40,256 nt of DNA, taken from Bdellovibrionota bacterium (lineage in GTDB: Bacteria > Bdellovibrionota_C > UBA2361 > JBGSMV01). Under the pieces are notes generated by a model, which was not told where the DNA came from, searched no databases, and worked only from the letters and a program-made list of their open reading frames with translations. Made by a program: the position numbers and the translations under genes. The first letter of the stretch is position 1; each line of letters opens with the position of its first letter. This document shows positions 9,510 through 19,012 of this stretch, in pieces. The DNA lies in contig JBGSMV010000038.1 in assembly GCA_041739995.1 (NCBI GenBank), positions 1 to 40,256 on the forward strand, read 5' to 3'.

Positions 9510-9652
9510 CTGATTTAACTGGATCCCTAATGGTGCTGAAGACCTTCAGGCACCGACTCCCTCGATAGTTAAACATCTTGCGCTCAGAAGAGCAGTCGCT
9601 GAGCGAATTGCGATAGTCCAAGCATACAAAACCAAGCAGCCTGTTCTTGCTG

Positions 9653-9994
9653 CTATGCTTTCTTGACGAATTCCGACTTTAGCTTCATCGCTCCAAATCC
9701 ATCGATTTTACAGTCGATATTATGATCGCCTTCGACTAGGCGAATGTTCTTTACCTTCGTACCCACTTTGAGCATTGACGTAGCGCCCTTAACTTTAAGT
9801 CCTTTGATGACCACGACAGAATCTCCGTCCTGGAGCACATTGCCATTAGAATCGAGAACTGCGTCAGCTGACGGCGCAGGGGGGACAATCGCTTCAAGCA
9901 CCCATTGATGGGAACACTCCGGACACACATAGAAATTGCGATCTTCGTAGGTAAATTCGCAGTGGCATTGAGGGCATGGAGGCAGTTGTGTCAT
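9653..9994 (-). CDS. phnA: PhnA/YjdM zinc-ribbon protein
   Basis: Motifs LPPCPQC...YED...[43 protein letters not shown]. Confidence 0.92.
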   Translation of the reverse strand: MTQLPPCPQCHCEFTYEDRNFYVCPECSHQWVLEAIVPPAPSADAVLDSNGNVLQDGDSVVVIKGLKVKGATSMLKVGTKVKNIRLVEGDHNIDCKIDGFGAMKLKSEFVKKA

Positions 9995-10223
9995 AGAGGC
10001 TTTTCCTAATTTAGCCGAGAAGCTACTGCGAAATCCAACTTCACGCCAAACCGCGATCTAAAGTAATTCATAGCCGCCCTCTTTGTGGACATTCTCGAAC
10101 CGGCCTCTTCACAATAGTTACCCCACAGCAACCTTGCTCGACCCTCGCCCACCGGGTATCGACATGATGCAGTTGCCTCAACTCCCGTTCTGAAGCACAT
10201 TTGCCCCTAACGGCTAATTCACC

Positions 10224-11249
10224 ATGAGAACTAAATCACGCCCAAAACTTTCAAGGATAAGCGAAAGTCGCCTTCTGGCGACCCGCATGTGCGACCTCCC
10301 CATTCGCATTGAGGGCACCGAAATTGGCGCTCGAATTAAGCGCCTCTACCAAGAGCTCGAAGCTAAAAACATCACTTTTAAGCCACATGTGTGGATTGGC
10401 GAGGAATGGTTTTCTCCTGATTTCTCTCCTGGCTTCGCAGTCCCTTTTTATCTCACTCACCCACGCCTCATGCGCCTGGAAGAGAAGATGATGCTCCAAG
10501 CTGAAGGGGCAGGCGAAATTGAGTGCATGAAGATCTTGCGGCACGAGGCAGCGCATGCCATCGACACCGCTTACCGACTCCACTTTAGAAAACGCTGGAG
10601 AGAGACGTTCGGATCGTTCGCCGCGCCGTATCCAGATACCTATACCCCCAAACCCTCAAGCAGGAGCTACGTTCAGCATCTAAATTACTGGTACGCGCAA
10701 GCGCATCCCGCAGAGGACTTTGCCGAAACGTTCGCGGTGTGGCTTACGCCCGGCTCAAAGTGGCGCAGCACTTACCGTGGCTGGGCTGCTCTTCGAAAGC
10801 TTGAATGCGTTGATGAAATAATGAGCGAAATAGCAGGCAGGTCCCCTACACGTAAAAGTCGTGCACGCGATGGAGATCTAAGCACTCTAAAATTGACCCT
10901 CCAAGAACACTATGCTTCAAGACAAGAGAAGTATGCCGTCTCGTGGTCTCGAGCATACGATCGCGATCTGTTAAGAATCTTCGCCTCCGATAAACGTAAG
11001 ACCAAGGCGTTATCTGCCGCGGCTGCAATACGCGCCCTACGAGTTCCCATTCGCTCTGTGGTCGCGGAGGGCACCGGAGTGGCTATCTATACGATAAATC
11101 ATTTAATTGATGAGATAATCGATCGCTGCAAGCAGCTTGAATTGCGAACAAAAAAATCTCTATCAGCGACCAGGGAAGATCTCGCGATAATGCTCACCGT
11201 TCACACCATGAGATTTATTCACTCAGGACAGTTTCAAGTAGCACTCTAG
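10224..11249 (+). CDS. Putative zinc-binding metallopeptidase (zincin-like)
   Basis: LRHEAAH (HExxH) plus YAQAHPAEDFAETFAVWL, characteristic of this family. Confidence 0.82.
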   Translation: MRTKSRPKLSRISESRLLATRMCDLPIRIEGTEIGARIKRLYQELEAKNITFKPHVWIGEEWFSPDFSPGFAVPFYLTHPRLMRLEEKMMLQAEGAGEIECMKILRHEAAHAIDTAYRLHFRKRWRETFGSFAAPYPDTYTPKPSSRSYVQHLNYWYAQAHPAEDFAETFAVWLTPGSKWRSTYRGWAALRKLECVDEIMSEIAGRSPTRKSRARDGDLSTLKLTLQEHYASRQEKYAVSWSRAYDRDLLRIFASDKRKTKALSAAAAIRALRVPIRSVVAEGTGVAIYTINHLIDEIIDRCKQLELRTKKSLSATREDLAIMLTVHTMRFIHSGQFQVAL

Positions 11250-11319
11250 GCATTCTGCCAGTAGTATCGGGCTCAATATTTCACACACGCCTCGTCACTA
11301 TTTTGTTTGAGGAGCCGTT

Positions 11320-12378
11320 ACGGGTACAAAGAAGAAAAAATCGCGTAGCCTGCGCAGATCTCTAAGAATTTCCATTCTTACTGATAAGGGGTTAATTCCT
11401 CCGTTACACGTCGACGATCCTGAAGCGATTGCGGGCGAGAGGTGGCGTATGGAATACGACGTCATGGCTACGTTGCGCGAACTGGGCCACGATATTTCGT
11501 TTATTGAAGTGTTTGACGATATCGCCGCAGTGCGTCAGGCAATTGTTGAGCAAAAGCCCCACATCGTGTTCAACATGTTTGAGCAATTTGACGGCAATGC
11601 ACTCTTTGACCAGCATCTTATAAGTTACCTCGAACTGCTTCGGGTGCCGTACACAGGCGCCAACCCCAGAGGCCTGACCCTTGCTCGCGACAAGTCTTTA
11701 TCAAAGAAACTTCTTAGCTACCATCGCATCCCGGTTCCTCAATTTATCGTGGTACCCAAGGGTCGAAAGGTGCGTGGATTTCAGAAACTCAAATTTCCAC
11801 TTTTCGTAAAGTCTCTAGTTGAAGAGGGCTCGCTCGGAATTTCGCAAGCCTCGATTGTCTACGATGAGCAAAAGCTTGTCGAACGCGTTGCTTTCATACA
11901 CGAGAGCATCGGAACCGCGGCACTTGTCGAGCAATACATCGAGGGGCGCGAAATGTACGTCGGTGTTATGGGCAACAACCGACTAGAAACCTTTCCATTA
12001 TGGGAGCTGCGTATCACTAACCTCGCAAAGGGAATGGCAGCTATAGCGACCGACAAAATCAAGTGGGATAGAAATTATCAAAAGAAAGTCGGTGTAGAGA
12101 CTGGACCGCCAACCAACCTCGACCCCGCCGTAGCCCGTCAAATCATTCAATATGCCAGGCGCGCCTACAAGGCCCTCTATCTCTCAGGTTATGCGCGCAT
12201 GGACTTTCGAGTCACGGCCGACAATCGCATTTTCTTGCTAGAAGCAAATCCAAACCCAGACCTGACCTGTGGAGAAGATTTTGCAGAATCTGCGGAGGTG
12301 GGTGGGATTTCATATGAGGCTTTGCTTGAGCGAATAGTGGCTCTCGGTTTGAAGTGGGTTCCCGGAGTAGACGGCTAG
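11320..12378 (+). CDS. D-Ala-D-Ala-ligase-like ATP-grasp protein, probably starting at a non-canonical ACG
   Basis: Motifs VFNMFE, PYTGA, DKSLSK, FPLFVKS..EEGSLGI, LVEQYIEGRE, GYARMDFR, LEANPNP. The frame is open from 11311, and SD GAGGAG (11309-11314) lies 5 nt before in-frame ACG 11320. The ORF-track start is 11449. Confidence 0.85.
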   Translation, partial: TGTKKKKSRSLRRSLRISILTDKGLIPPLHVDDPEAIAGERWRMEYDVMATLRELGHDISFIEVFDDIAAVRQAIVEQKPHIVFNMFEQFDGNALFDQHLISYLELLRVPYTGANPRGLTLARDKSLSKKLLSYHRIPVPQFIVVPKGRKVRGFQKLKFPLFVKSLVEEGSLGISQASIVYDEQKLVERVAFIHESIGTAALVEQYIEGREMYVGVMGNNRLETFPLWELRITNLAKGMAAIATDKIKWDRNYQKKVGVETGPPTNLDPAVARQIIQYARRAYKALYLSGYARMDFRVTADNRIFLLEANPNPDLTCGEDFAESAEVGGISYEALLERIVALGLKWVPGVDG

Positions 12379-12419
12379 CAATCTTCCTACAAAAGTTGTC
12401 TGTTACTCAGAGCAGGCCA

Positions 12420-12974
12420 TCAGATCAAGCCATGCGACCGCGCCAGCAGAATTGTTGCCAACGTTTTTCCATCCTGAATTTGATTCTCTCGAATCGCGGC
12501 ATCAAGCTCTTCAATGGTCATGTGCACCACCTCGATCTCCTCGTCTTCGTCTCCTTCAGCGCTCGCCTCTGAAAGTCCCTTGGCAAGAAAGATGAATTGC
12601 TTCTCGTCACAAAAACCAGGAGCCGGAAATAGTTCCCCCAATGAAATCCACTCAGTTGCCGATTTTCCGATTTCTTCAGCAAGCTCTCGCTTGGCCGTAG
12701 CAAGTGGCTCCTCATTAATTTCGCGCGTTCCAGCAGGAAGCTCCAAAAGTGCGCAGTCGACAGACCATCGATACTGCCGCACAAGCACAACCCGTCCATC
12801 ATTATCAATCGGAAGCATCACTACGGCTCCGGGGTGACGCACCACTGTCCGCACTATTTCCTTACCAGAGGGGTGCAAATAACTGACTTCATCGATGACG
12901 AACGGTCGCGTACGTAGTAATTCCTTGCTCGACTGCGCTCGCCTAGTCATCCCTGTCTTTAAATCTCCAGTCAT
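12420..12974 (-). CDS. NUDIX hydrolase, ADP-ribose pyrophosphatase-like
   Basis: Motifs HPGAV, LVRQYR, ELPAG...E..LATAKRELAEEIG (Nudix box), APGFCDE, IQDGKT. Confidence 0.9.
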   Translation of the reverse strand: MTGDLKTGMTRRAQSSKELLRTRPFVIDEVSYLHPSGKEIVRTVVRHPGAVVMLPIDNDGRVVLVRQYRWSVDCALLELPAGTREINEEPLATAKRELAEEIGKSATEWISLGELFPAPGFCDEKQFIFLAKGLSEASAEGDEDEEIEVVHMTIEELDAAIRENQIQDGKTLATILLARSHGLI

Positions 12975-13238
12975 CCTTCCCCCACTTATTTACTGAACAA
13001 ACTTGCTGCTACTTTCCCTAAATCCTGAGCAATACGGGAACAGAGAGCCAGCAAGGCCTAGCTCTTTCTGCTATCTCGTTGAAACTACCTAACCTTTTCC
13101 TCTTCAAGCGAAGCCCAGAGCCAAATCAGCCTCCGTAGCGCCTCACAAGCATATGTTACCGAACGCTCCTCTTCTTTAATAACACTCTTCTCAGACCGTC
13201 GCCGCACCCTTGGCGCTACTTTTGTCAAACGATTCTCT

Positions 13239-14063
13239 ATGGTACTCGCCCTCGCAAAATCACCACGTCCTAAAGACGACAACGATCTAGGAAACCTTTC
13301 CAATCGATTTTCAGGCCGTTTTGAAACACCTGCGCTTGAGACCATCAAAGCATCTGACCTGCGTCACCTAAATAAGATCGCCCGCCTGGATAACGAAGCG
13401 AGTTACATTCTCGAACTAGGACCACTGAGCACACTCTCTGCCTATGGCACTACGGTTCAGGTCAGGAGCACCAAGTCAGAAGCAAAAATTCCAGGCACTG
13501 AACTTCGCTCTCCGCCCATTCATTTCATGACTGAGGGCGAGTTTTTTCGACTTGAAGAAGCCGTTGGGCGAATTACATTTCTAGAAACGAGTGCGGGTGA
13601 AGGGGCGTCAGTCACCACGGCATGGTTCGACGCAGCAGTGGGCGTGCGGGGCGCTATAGAGATTCCCGTGTCGGGATTTGAAGGAGAGACGCTCGCTCCC
13701 CAAATTATGCTTTCTGGTTCTAAAATAAAACATCTGACTTGTCTTATCGCCCACGAGCTTGAACATGCTGCAGGTCGTGGCGAGTTTGCCGCATTCCGTA
13801 AACAGCACGATCTTGAGTTTCAGTTCGGACTCTCGCCGAATCTAGAGTCCAATCTTGAAATAATGAAATATATCGAGAGCTTCTATGATCATAACGAGAT
13901 CGCAGACGCCGCTAAAGAGTTCAGCGCTCACTGTAAAGAGCATTCTTGTCCTGAAGATGAGCGCCAGTACTGGGCCTGGGTCGAAGCATGTGAGGAGAAA
14001 GATAATGAGCGCTGGGCGGCGCAGCAGGAGCACGACGACTTACGTGACTTTGAACAGGACTAG
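13239..14063 (+). CDS. Hypothetical protein with HExxH motif and acidic C-terminus
   Basis: 274-aa ORF with LIAHELEHA followed by E (GRGEFAAF); no family recognised. Confidence 0.6.
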   Translation: MVLALAKSPRPKDDNDLGNLSNRFSGRFETPALETIKASDLRHLNKIARLDNEASYILELGPLSTLSAYGTTVQVRSTKSEAKIPGTELRSPPIHFMTEGEFFRLEEAVGRITFLETSAGEGASVTTAWFDAAVGVRGAIEIPVSGFEGETLAPQIMLSGSKIKHLTCLIAHELEHAAGRGEFAAFRKQHDLEFQFGLSPNLESNLEIMKYIESFYDHNEIADAAKEFSAHCKEHSCPEDERQYWAWVEACEEKDNERWAAQQEHDDLRDFEQD

Positions 14064-14133
14064 CCCGCTGAATCGCCAAGTTTTTAAGAACAACTTTTGT
14101 TAGATCTAGCTGAAGATTACCCGTGATCGTTCT

Positions 14134-14157
14134 TCACCACAGAGGGCTCAGTGGTGA
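14134..14157. terminator. Hairpin between convergent genes, possible terminator
   Basis: TCACCAC-AGAGGGCTCA-GTGGTGA inverted repeat; weak U tails. Confidence 0.35.
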
Positions 14158-14222
14158 GTTCAGACGCCCACCGCTGCAAGACGCTATCTAAACCGGGCAT
14201 GGCGAAGCCATCGCGCTCTACT

Positions 14223-15695
14223 TCAAGCGTCTTTACGAGAATTAAGTTTTAACGCGTCTTCAATCGCCCGCAGAACTGCTTTAAACACGGTGAGTAGTTC
14301 AAAATCTTGGCGGTCCAAGAGCTCGGTGCCGCATTCGACATAGAGAACGCCGAGCGGATTCTCGCCGCCTAGTCCTCCCACCACGAACGCACGCTCCGCG
14401 CCCTCGGCCCTACTCATATACGGTGCGGGCATAGCAAGCGCCGCAAGCAGCGGATTATCCGTGGATAGCCTGCCTCCAAAACTTAGGGTTTCAACTTTCT
14501 GCAGCGCTATTCGACCAAACTTCAACCTCGGGATGAGTTCCATCCGACTAGGCTCAATCGTTGCGATGATTCCCGCCTCGAATCCAGTTACCGGAATTAT
14601 CTGACTCAAGATTCTGGAAACTGCCGATTTTGAATCAAACGACTCACCCAACGTCTCATAAAACTCGTTCAATCGCTGACGAATATGCAGCGGACATCGC
14701 TCCACAAACGGGTTTGTCTTCTGTGATCCCCGACGCTTCGCTTCTTGAAGGCGACGCTCCGGATCTATCTCGTTAAGTTCACTGAACGCCGAAGGATTTG
14801 CACTCTGATAGGCACCGCCATAGCGAGTCACCGCGTCACGAATGACCTTCATTCCATCCGACCCAAGCGACCGATTGAGCACTTCCTTCGCTTCCTCCCA
14901 AGAGGCCTGCGCCTTAGGATAGCGCTCAGGGTCGTTTGCTTGTGCGAGAACTTCACCGACCCGACAAATTTCAGCCAACTGCCAAGCCGTCTTACTCAGA
15001 CCTGACTCTGGCAAATACTCCCCGGTCGCATTCACTGCGGCCTCCAGGTCAGGATCCGGACAGAAACTCTCGAGGATAGAGTGGCCCAAAACTTCGGGTG
15101 AAAAGCCAAGTTGAAGCATCAGCTCTCGGTCGAGTGCTTCGCCGCCACCAACGGCGCGCTGCGCCTTGTCAAAAACGGTCGGATAGTTCCAAGCCACGAG
15201 CAGTAGCCCGAGCTGTCGAAACAATGAGGACAGAAAGGCAGCTTCTGAGTCTAGCTCAGTGCGACTTGCCAATACTTCCGCGGTCGCGGCACTAACGAGC
15301 GTGTATCGCAACTGCGCTGCTTGGGAGTCTTTGGTGTTCTCTAGGGAATGACTTGCAAGTGCTTTCTCGGCTCGATCCAATAAACTGAGTATCTCAGTAG
15401 AAGAAATCCCTTCAAACGGTACCTCGGGAGAAGTCAGAAGAATCGAAGCATCGAGTTTTCGTTGAGACTGAAGTAGTTCCCGAAGGCAAAACGAGAAGAG
15501 CCCCAGATCTCGCTTGAGATCCGCGAGCAGAAACTCTGAACCGAGCTCGTAACGCCCCTCGCGAACTCCCGCACGAACCGCTTTCAGTACTTCTGGGTTG
15601 TAGGGCAACCAATGTTTTGAGACATGCTCGACCGCACGCGAGAGACGTCTCTCCGTATACTCACTCGATTTTTCGCCCGCCTCAGCCCTCGACAT
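14223..15695 (-). CDS. HDOD-domain-like signalling protein
   Basis: ADLKRDLGL, AFLSSLFRQLGLLLV, ELMLQLGFSPEVLG..ILESF resemble a degenerate HDOD; C-terminal GAF-like segment (PLGVLYVE). Confidence 0.65.
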   Translation of the reverse strand: MSRAEAGEKSSEYTERRLSRAVEHVSKHWLPYNPEVLKAVRAGVREGRYELGSEFLLADLKRDLGLFSFCLRELLQSQRKLDASILLTSPEVPFEGISSTEILSLLDRAEKALASHSLENTKDSQAAQLRYTLVSAATAEVLASRTELDSEAAFLSSLFRQLGLLLVAWNYPTVFDKAQRAVGGGEALDRELMLQLGFSPEVLGHSILESFCPDPDLEAAVNATGEYLPESGLSKTAWQLAEICRVGEVLAQANDPERYPKAQASWEEAKEVLNRSLGSDGMKVIRDAVTRYGGAYQSANPSAFSELNEIDPERRLQEAKRRGSQKTNPFVERCPLHIRQRLNEFYETLGESFDSKSAVSRILSQIIPVTGFEAGIIATIEPSRMELIPRLKFGRIALQKVETLSFGGRLSTDNPLLAALAMPAPYMSRAEGAERAFVVGGLGGENPLGVLYVECGTELLDRQDFELLTVFKAVLRAIEDALKLNSRKDA

Positions 15696-15730
15696 GCATT
15701 ATCACTCGACAGAGTTTATCCAAGACTTCA

Positions 15731-15746
15731 TGCAATTTCTTGTCCG
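15731..15746 (-). promoter_or_regulatory. Possible sigma54 promoter for the HDOD gene
   Basis: Minus strand CGGACAAGAAATTGCA has GG-N10-GC with a perfect TTGCA but a weak -24 element. Confidence 0.35.
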
Positions 15747-16078
15747 TACTCTGCTACCACCAAAAGACACATAAATTCAAATAGTTACCCCTGCGCTCAC
15801 TGTTTCATTAGGTAGTCAGATTCCCTATAGATTTTGGGGCGAACAGCCATTTGGGCACGTCAAATCTGGGTTAGGAGGGAATCCGTTGTCGTTATCGCAG
15901 CTTATCCTGTTTAGAGGCCTTCTGTTGCTGCCGATGATCCATGCTGAGACAGGCAAGTACCCTGCTGGTTTCGCATGCGTAAAGATGAAGTTGCGTACTG
16001 GCGTAGAAATCGCGGTTCGCCTGCTGTTGAACCGCAAGTTAGTGTTCCACGCGCCGCCAGGGGAAGAGGAAACAAGAA

Positions 16079-16876
16079 ATGTATTTCTTACAGTCACTGG
16101 GACCTGAAGTCGAAGCACTTAATCGCCGAGCAAAGGAACTCGTAAATTCACTGTGCGATAAGATTACGCCGATTCAATCCCAATCAAAGATCCCCACACG
16201 TCAAGATGTTTACTCGTCACCTGAACGGCAGGGCAAGCTCTATCGCCTCATAGATGGGACACTCTCCTACTCGCGAGGCGACAAAGTTCTATTCTACTTT
16301 GATCCCGGAGACCTTGTCGGCGTTGAACAATCTCTCATTGGAACAACAACAAAGATTCTCAGTGATTTTGCGGTGGTAGTTGATGTCTATGACGCGAACG
16401 ACTTCTTAGATGCCGCTCATGCCGCCCCTGAGCTGAATAGACTTTGGACAGAGTACCTGGCCTTAAATCAGGGCATGCTCTCAGCTCTTGTCGGAAATCT
16501 TTTCAAAGATGAGATCTGCGCACCACCTGACATCAACGTATTTATGGAAGGCCAGTCGATTATCGAAGAAGGTACTCGCGCAGAAAGCGTTCACCTATTG
16601 ATTGATGGGAGCGCGGATGTCTTCATTCAGGGCTGCCCCGAAGACACAGTCAGTCGCGGCGAGCTGATCGGTGTCGTCTCCGCCCTGTCAGGAATTCCAT
16701 GGAGCATCACCGTCACTGCAAAGGAACCTTGCATGGTGATGAGTCTTCCCAAGGAGAATTTTCTCCATCTGGTCGAAAGCCGTCCTTCTGCATACCTGAA
16801 GCAAATTGAAGATATGGCTCGGTTGATGATCGACTTAGGCGAGCAGTCTCTGAAGGTGCGCATAAGCAATTTCTAA
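16079..16876 (+). CDS. Cyclic-nucleotide-binding domain protein (two cNMP-like domains, no HTH)
   Basis: LYRLIDGTL...PGDLVG and IIEEGTRAESVHLLIDGSADV...GELIG...ITVTAKEPC. Confidence 0.75.
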   Translation: MYFLQSLGPEVEALNRRAKELVNSLCDKITPIQSQSKIPTRQDVYSSPERQGKLYRLIDGTLSYSRGDKVLFYFDPGDLVGVEQSLIGTTTKILSDFAVVVDVYDANDFLDAAHAAPELNRLWTEYLALNQGMLSALVGNLFKDEICAPPDINVFMEGQSIIEEGTRAESVHLLIDGSADVFIQGCPEDTVSRGELIGVVSALSGIPWSITVTAKEPCMVMSLPKENFLHLVESRPSAYLKQIEDMARLMIDLGEQSLKVRISNF

Positions 16877-17203
16877 TTATTCCGTGAAATTTTAAACCGC
16901 AGCAACAAGACTCAACGCAGTGCCCCGAGCGCGCTCCATCGCATGTAGTTTTGTAGTCTCAGACCGGCACTTGGTGTTGTCGGGTACGCCTACATCGAAG
17001 GGCGCAAACTAACGCTTACAAAAAACTGATATTGTGGTGCGACGCGTTCATAAACATTTTGCGCGCAGTCTCGCGAGCTTGAGCCACCTCAGTAATTCGC
17101 AGAAATGGAAAAATGGAGGAGGATTATTAGAGTGTGAATTGCGACACAAAGCCTAGTCGCCCAAAGTCGGCCGCCATCTCAGCTCCTCGGATAGTTCGAT
17201 GCT

Positions 17204-17221
17204 GTGGTATTGCAATACCAC
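17204..17221. promoter_or_regulatory. Perfect 18-bp palindrome, candidate operator
   Basis: GTGGTATTG|CAATACCAC, about 300 bp upstream of the permease gene. Confidence 0.45.
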
Positions 17222-17513
17222 GGGACGCGTCAACGGCAGCGGGTATTAATTACCATCAGCTCAGCCAACGGTTGCCGGTTGCACCAGTGCGGCGAAGCGT
17301 TTATGGAAAGGATATGCCTTTAACTCCCTTCGCGGAGAGTTTTCCAGGGTTGGGGCTCTCAAGTTTTGAGGTTCCCAGCGGTTGTACGCCCAAAACGCAG
17401 ACGGGATTGCAGAAGCTTCATCCTTCAAGCCATCCCCTTGAAACATTTCGGCACATTACTCAATTTTTTGGGCGATGTAGCCCCGCTCTAGGAACCAACA
17501 AAGGGGATATCGA

Positions 17514-18857
17514 ATGAAGAGCAGTTCGGAAGAAACGAATCTTGTACCGACCATGGGACTCTTTGCGCTCGTAATGTATGGCCTCGGCGACATGCTCGGC
17601 GCTGGTATCTACGGCCTCGTGGGCGTTGCCGCTGGATTGATGGGGAACATGCTGTGGGTGTCATTCCTCATCAGTATGTTGGCCGCTCTGCTTACCGGGC
17701 TCTCATATGCGTCGCTTGGTTCACGACACCCGCGCGCTGGTGGCGCTGCCTACGTCGTGGAGCGTGCGTTTAAGCGGCCATTTCTCTCTTATATGGTGGG
17801 GCTTGCAGTAATGGCCTCGGGCTTTACCTCAATGGCGGCAGCGGGGCGTGCATTCGCACAGTACGCCGAGGTCTTCGCCCCAGCCCTAGCGCCTGGTTTT
17901 ATTATCGCTACATTTCTGCTGGCGCTTGCGCTTATCAATTTTCAGGGAATTAAAGAGTCATCCGCATTCAACATCCTCTGCACGATATTGGAACTTGGGG
18001 GACTGTTTTTTATCATCGTCGTCGGGCTGCGCTATTGGGGAACAGTTGATCTCTTTGACGCCACCTCGGTAACGAACCCTACGGGAGAACTTACGACGAT
18101 TTTACTGATGCAGGGTGCGGTGCTGACCTTCTACTCATTCATCGGGTTTGAGGACATGATCAACGTATCAGAGGAAGTCAAGGATGCCCCACGAGTATTC
18201 CCGAAAGCGCTCGTGATCGCGCTTGTCCTTACTTCTATAGTTTATATTTTAGTGAGCATCACTGCAGTCTCGGTGGTCACACACTCTGAACTGGCAAGAG
18301 CTCAAGGCACTATTTCCGAGGCCACAGGCCCACTTGCCAAGGTAGCAAACGTTGCTGCACCTTGGCTGAACACTAGTGTATTTACTGTGATAAGTCTGTT
18401 TGCAATCGCGAACACCGCACTTCTGAATTTCATCATGGGCTCACGCCTCGCGTACGGGATGGCGCGTGAGGGTCTGCTACCACGTGTACTTGGCCGAGTT
18501 CACAAGACTCGCCGAACACCTCACATCGCAATCCTGGTGTTGTTTGGAATCGTTCTAGTCTTGAGCCTTATTGGCGACCTATCTCACCTCGCTTCAGCGA
18601 CAAGCCTTCTCATGTTGACAGCTTTTGTCATCGTCAACGGCTCTTTGATTGCACTGAAACGCAGGCACTCTGAGCCGCATGGCTTATTTGAAGTCCCGAT
18701 GTTTGTTCCGGTTCTAGGAATTATTGTTTGTAGCGCCATGATCGCCAGCAGAATTTTCAACGGCGACTCGCAAGCCCCACTGATTGCTGGAGGCATATTA
18801 GTGGCGATCGCAACGCTCTACCTGATTCTGCGTCCCAAGCCGACTGTGGCTCGATGA
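17514..18857 (+). CDS. APC family amino acid permease
   Basis: Motifs GLGDMLGAGIY, LSYASLGSRHPRAGG, FYSFIGFED...SEE, SRLAYGMAREG.LP, RTPHIAI; about 12 TM helices. Confidence 0.92.
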   Translation: MKSSSEETNLVPTMGLFALVMYGLGDMLGAGIYGLVGVAAGLMGNMLWVSFLISMLAALLTGLSYASLGSRHPRAGGAAYVVERAFKRPFLSYMVGLAVMASGFTSMAAAGRAFAQYAEVFAPALAPGFIIATFLLALALINFQGIKESSAFNILCTILELGGLFFIIVVGLRYWGTVDLFDATSVTNPTGELTTILLMQGAVLTFYSFIGFEDMINVSEEVKDAPRVFPKALVIALVLTSIVYILVSITAVSVVTHSELARAQGTISEATGPLAKVANVAAPWLNTSVFTVISLFAIANTALLNFIMGSRLAYGMAREGLLPRVLGRVHKTRRTPHIAILVLFGIVLVLSLIGDLSHLASATSLLMLTAFVIVNGSLIALKRRHSEPHGLFEVPMFVPVLGIIVCSAMIASRIFNGDSQAPLIAGGILVAIATLYLILRPKPTVAR

Positions 18858-19012
18858 GGAGCATCGATGGTCAGTGATTGGAAGTTCTCGCCTATCCTCT
18901 TCCCTAGCACCGCACAATCTGGCTGAAAGCGATCTTCCAAGACTCGCGGCAGCCAGTCTGGCCCGTGGTAGAGAATCCGATACAGCGGACTCTCCTGCTA
19001 CAGCGCGAGACT

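Noticed and set aside
15998..16013. CTGGCGTAGAAATCGC, and a similar GG-N10-GC near 34256, as sigma54 promoters
   Set aside because: Spacing is right but both halves deviate from consensus, so they are too weak to call.
17134..17517. 127-aa ORF upstream of the permease, and a possible c-di-GMP-I riboswitch around GGGACGC
   Set aside because: The ORF has no recognisable features, although a GGAGGAGG SD precedes it, so it is not fully excluded. The GEMM GCAAA and tetraloop-receptor elements are not in the right order.
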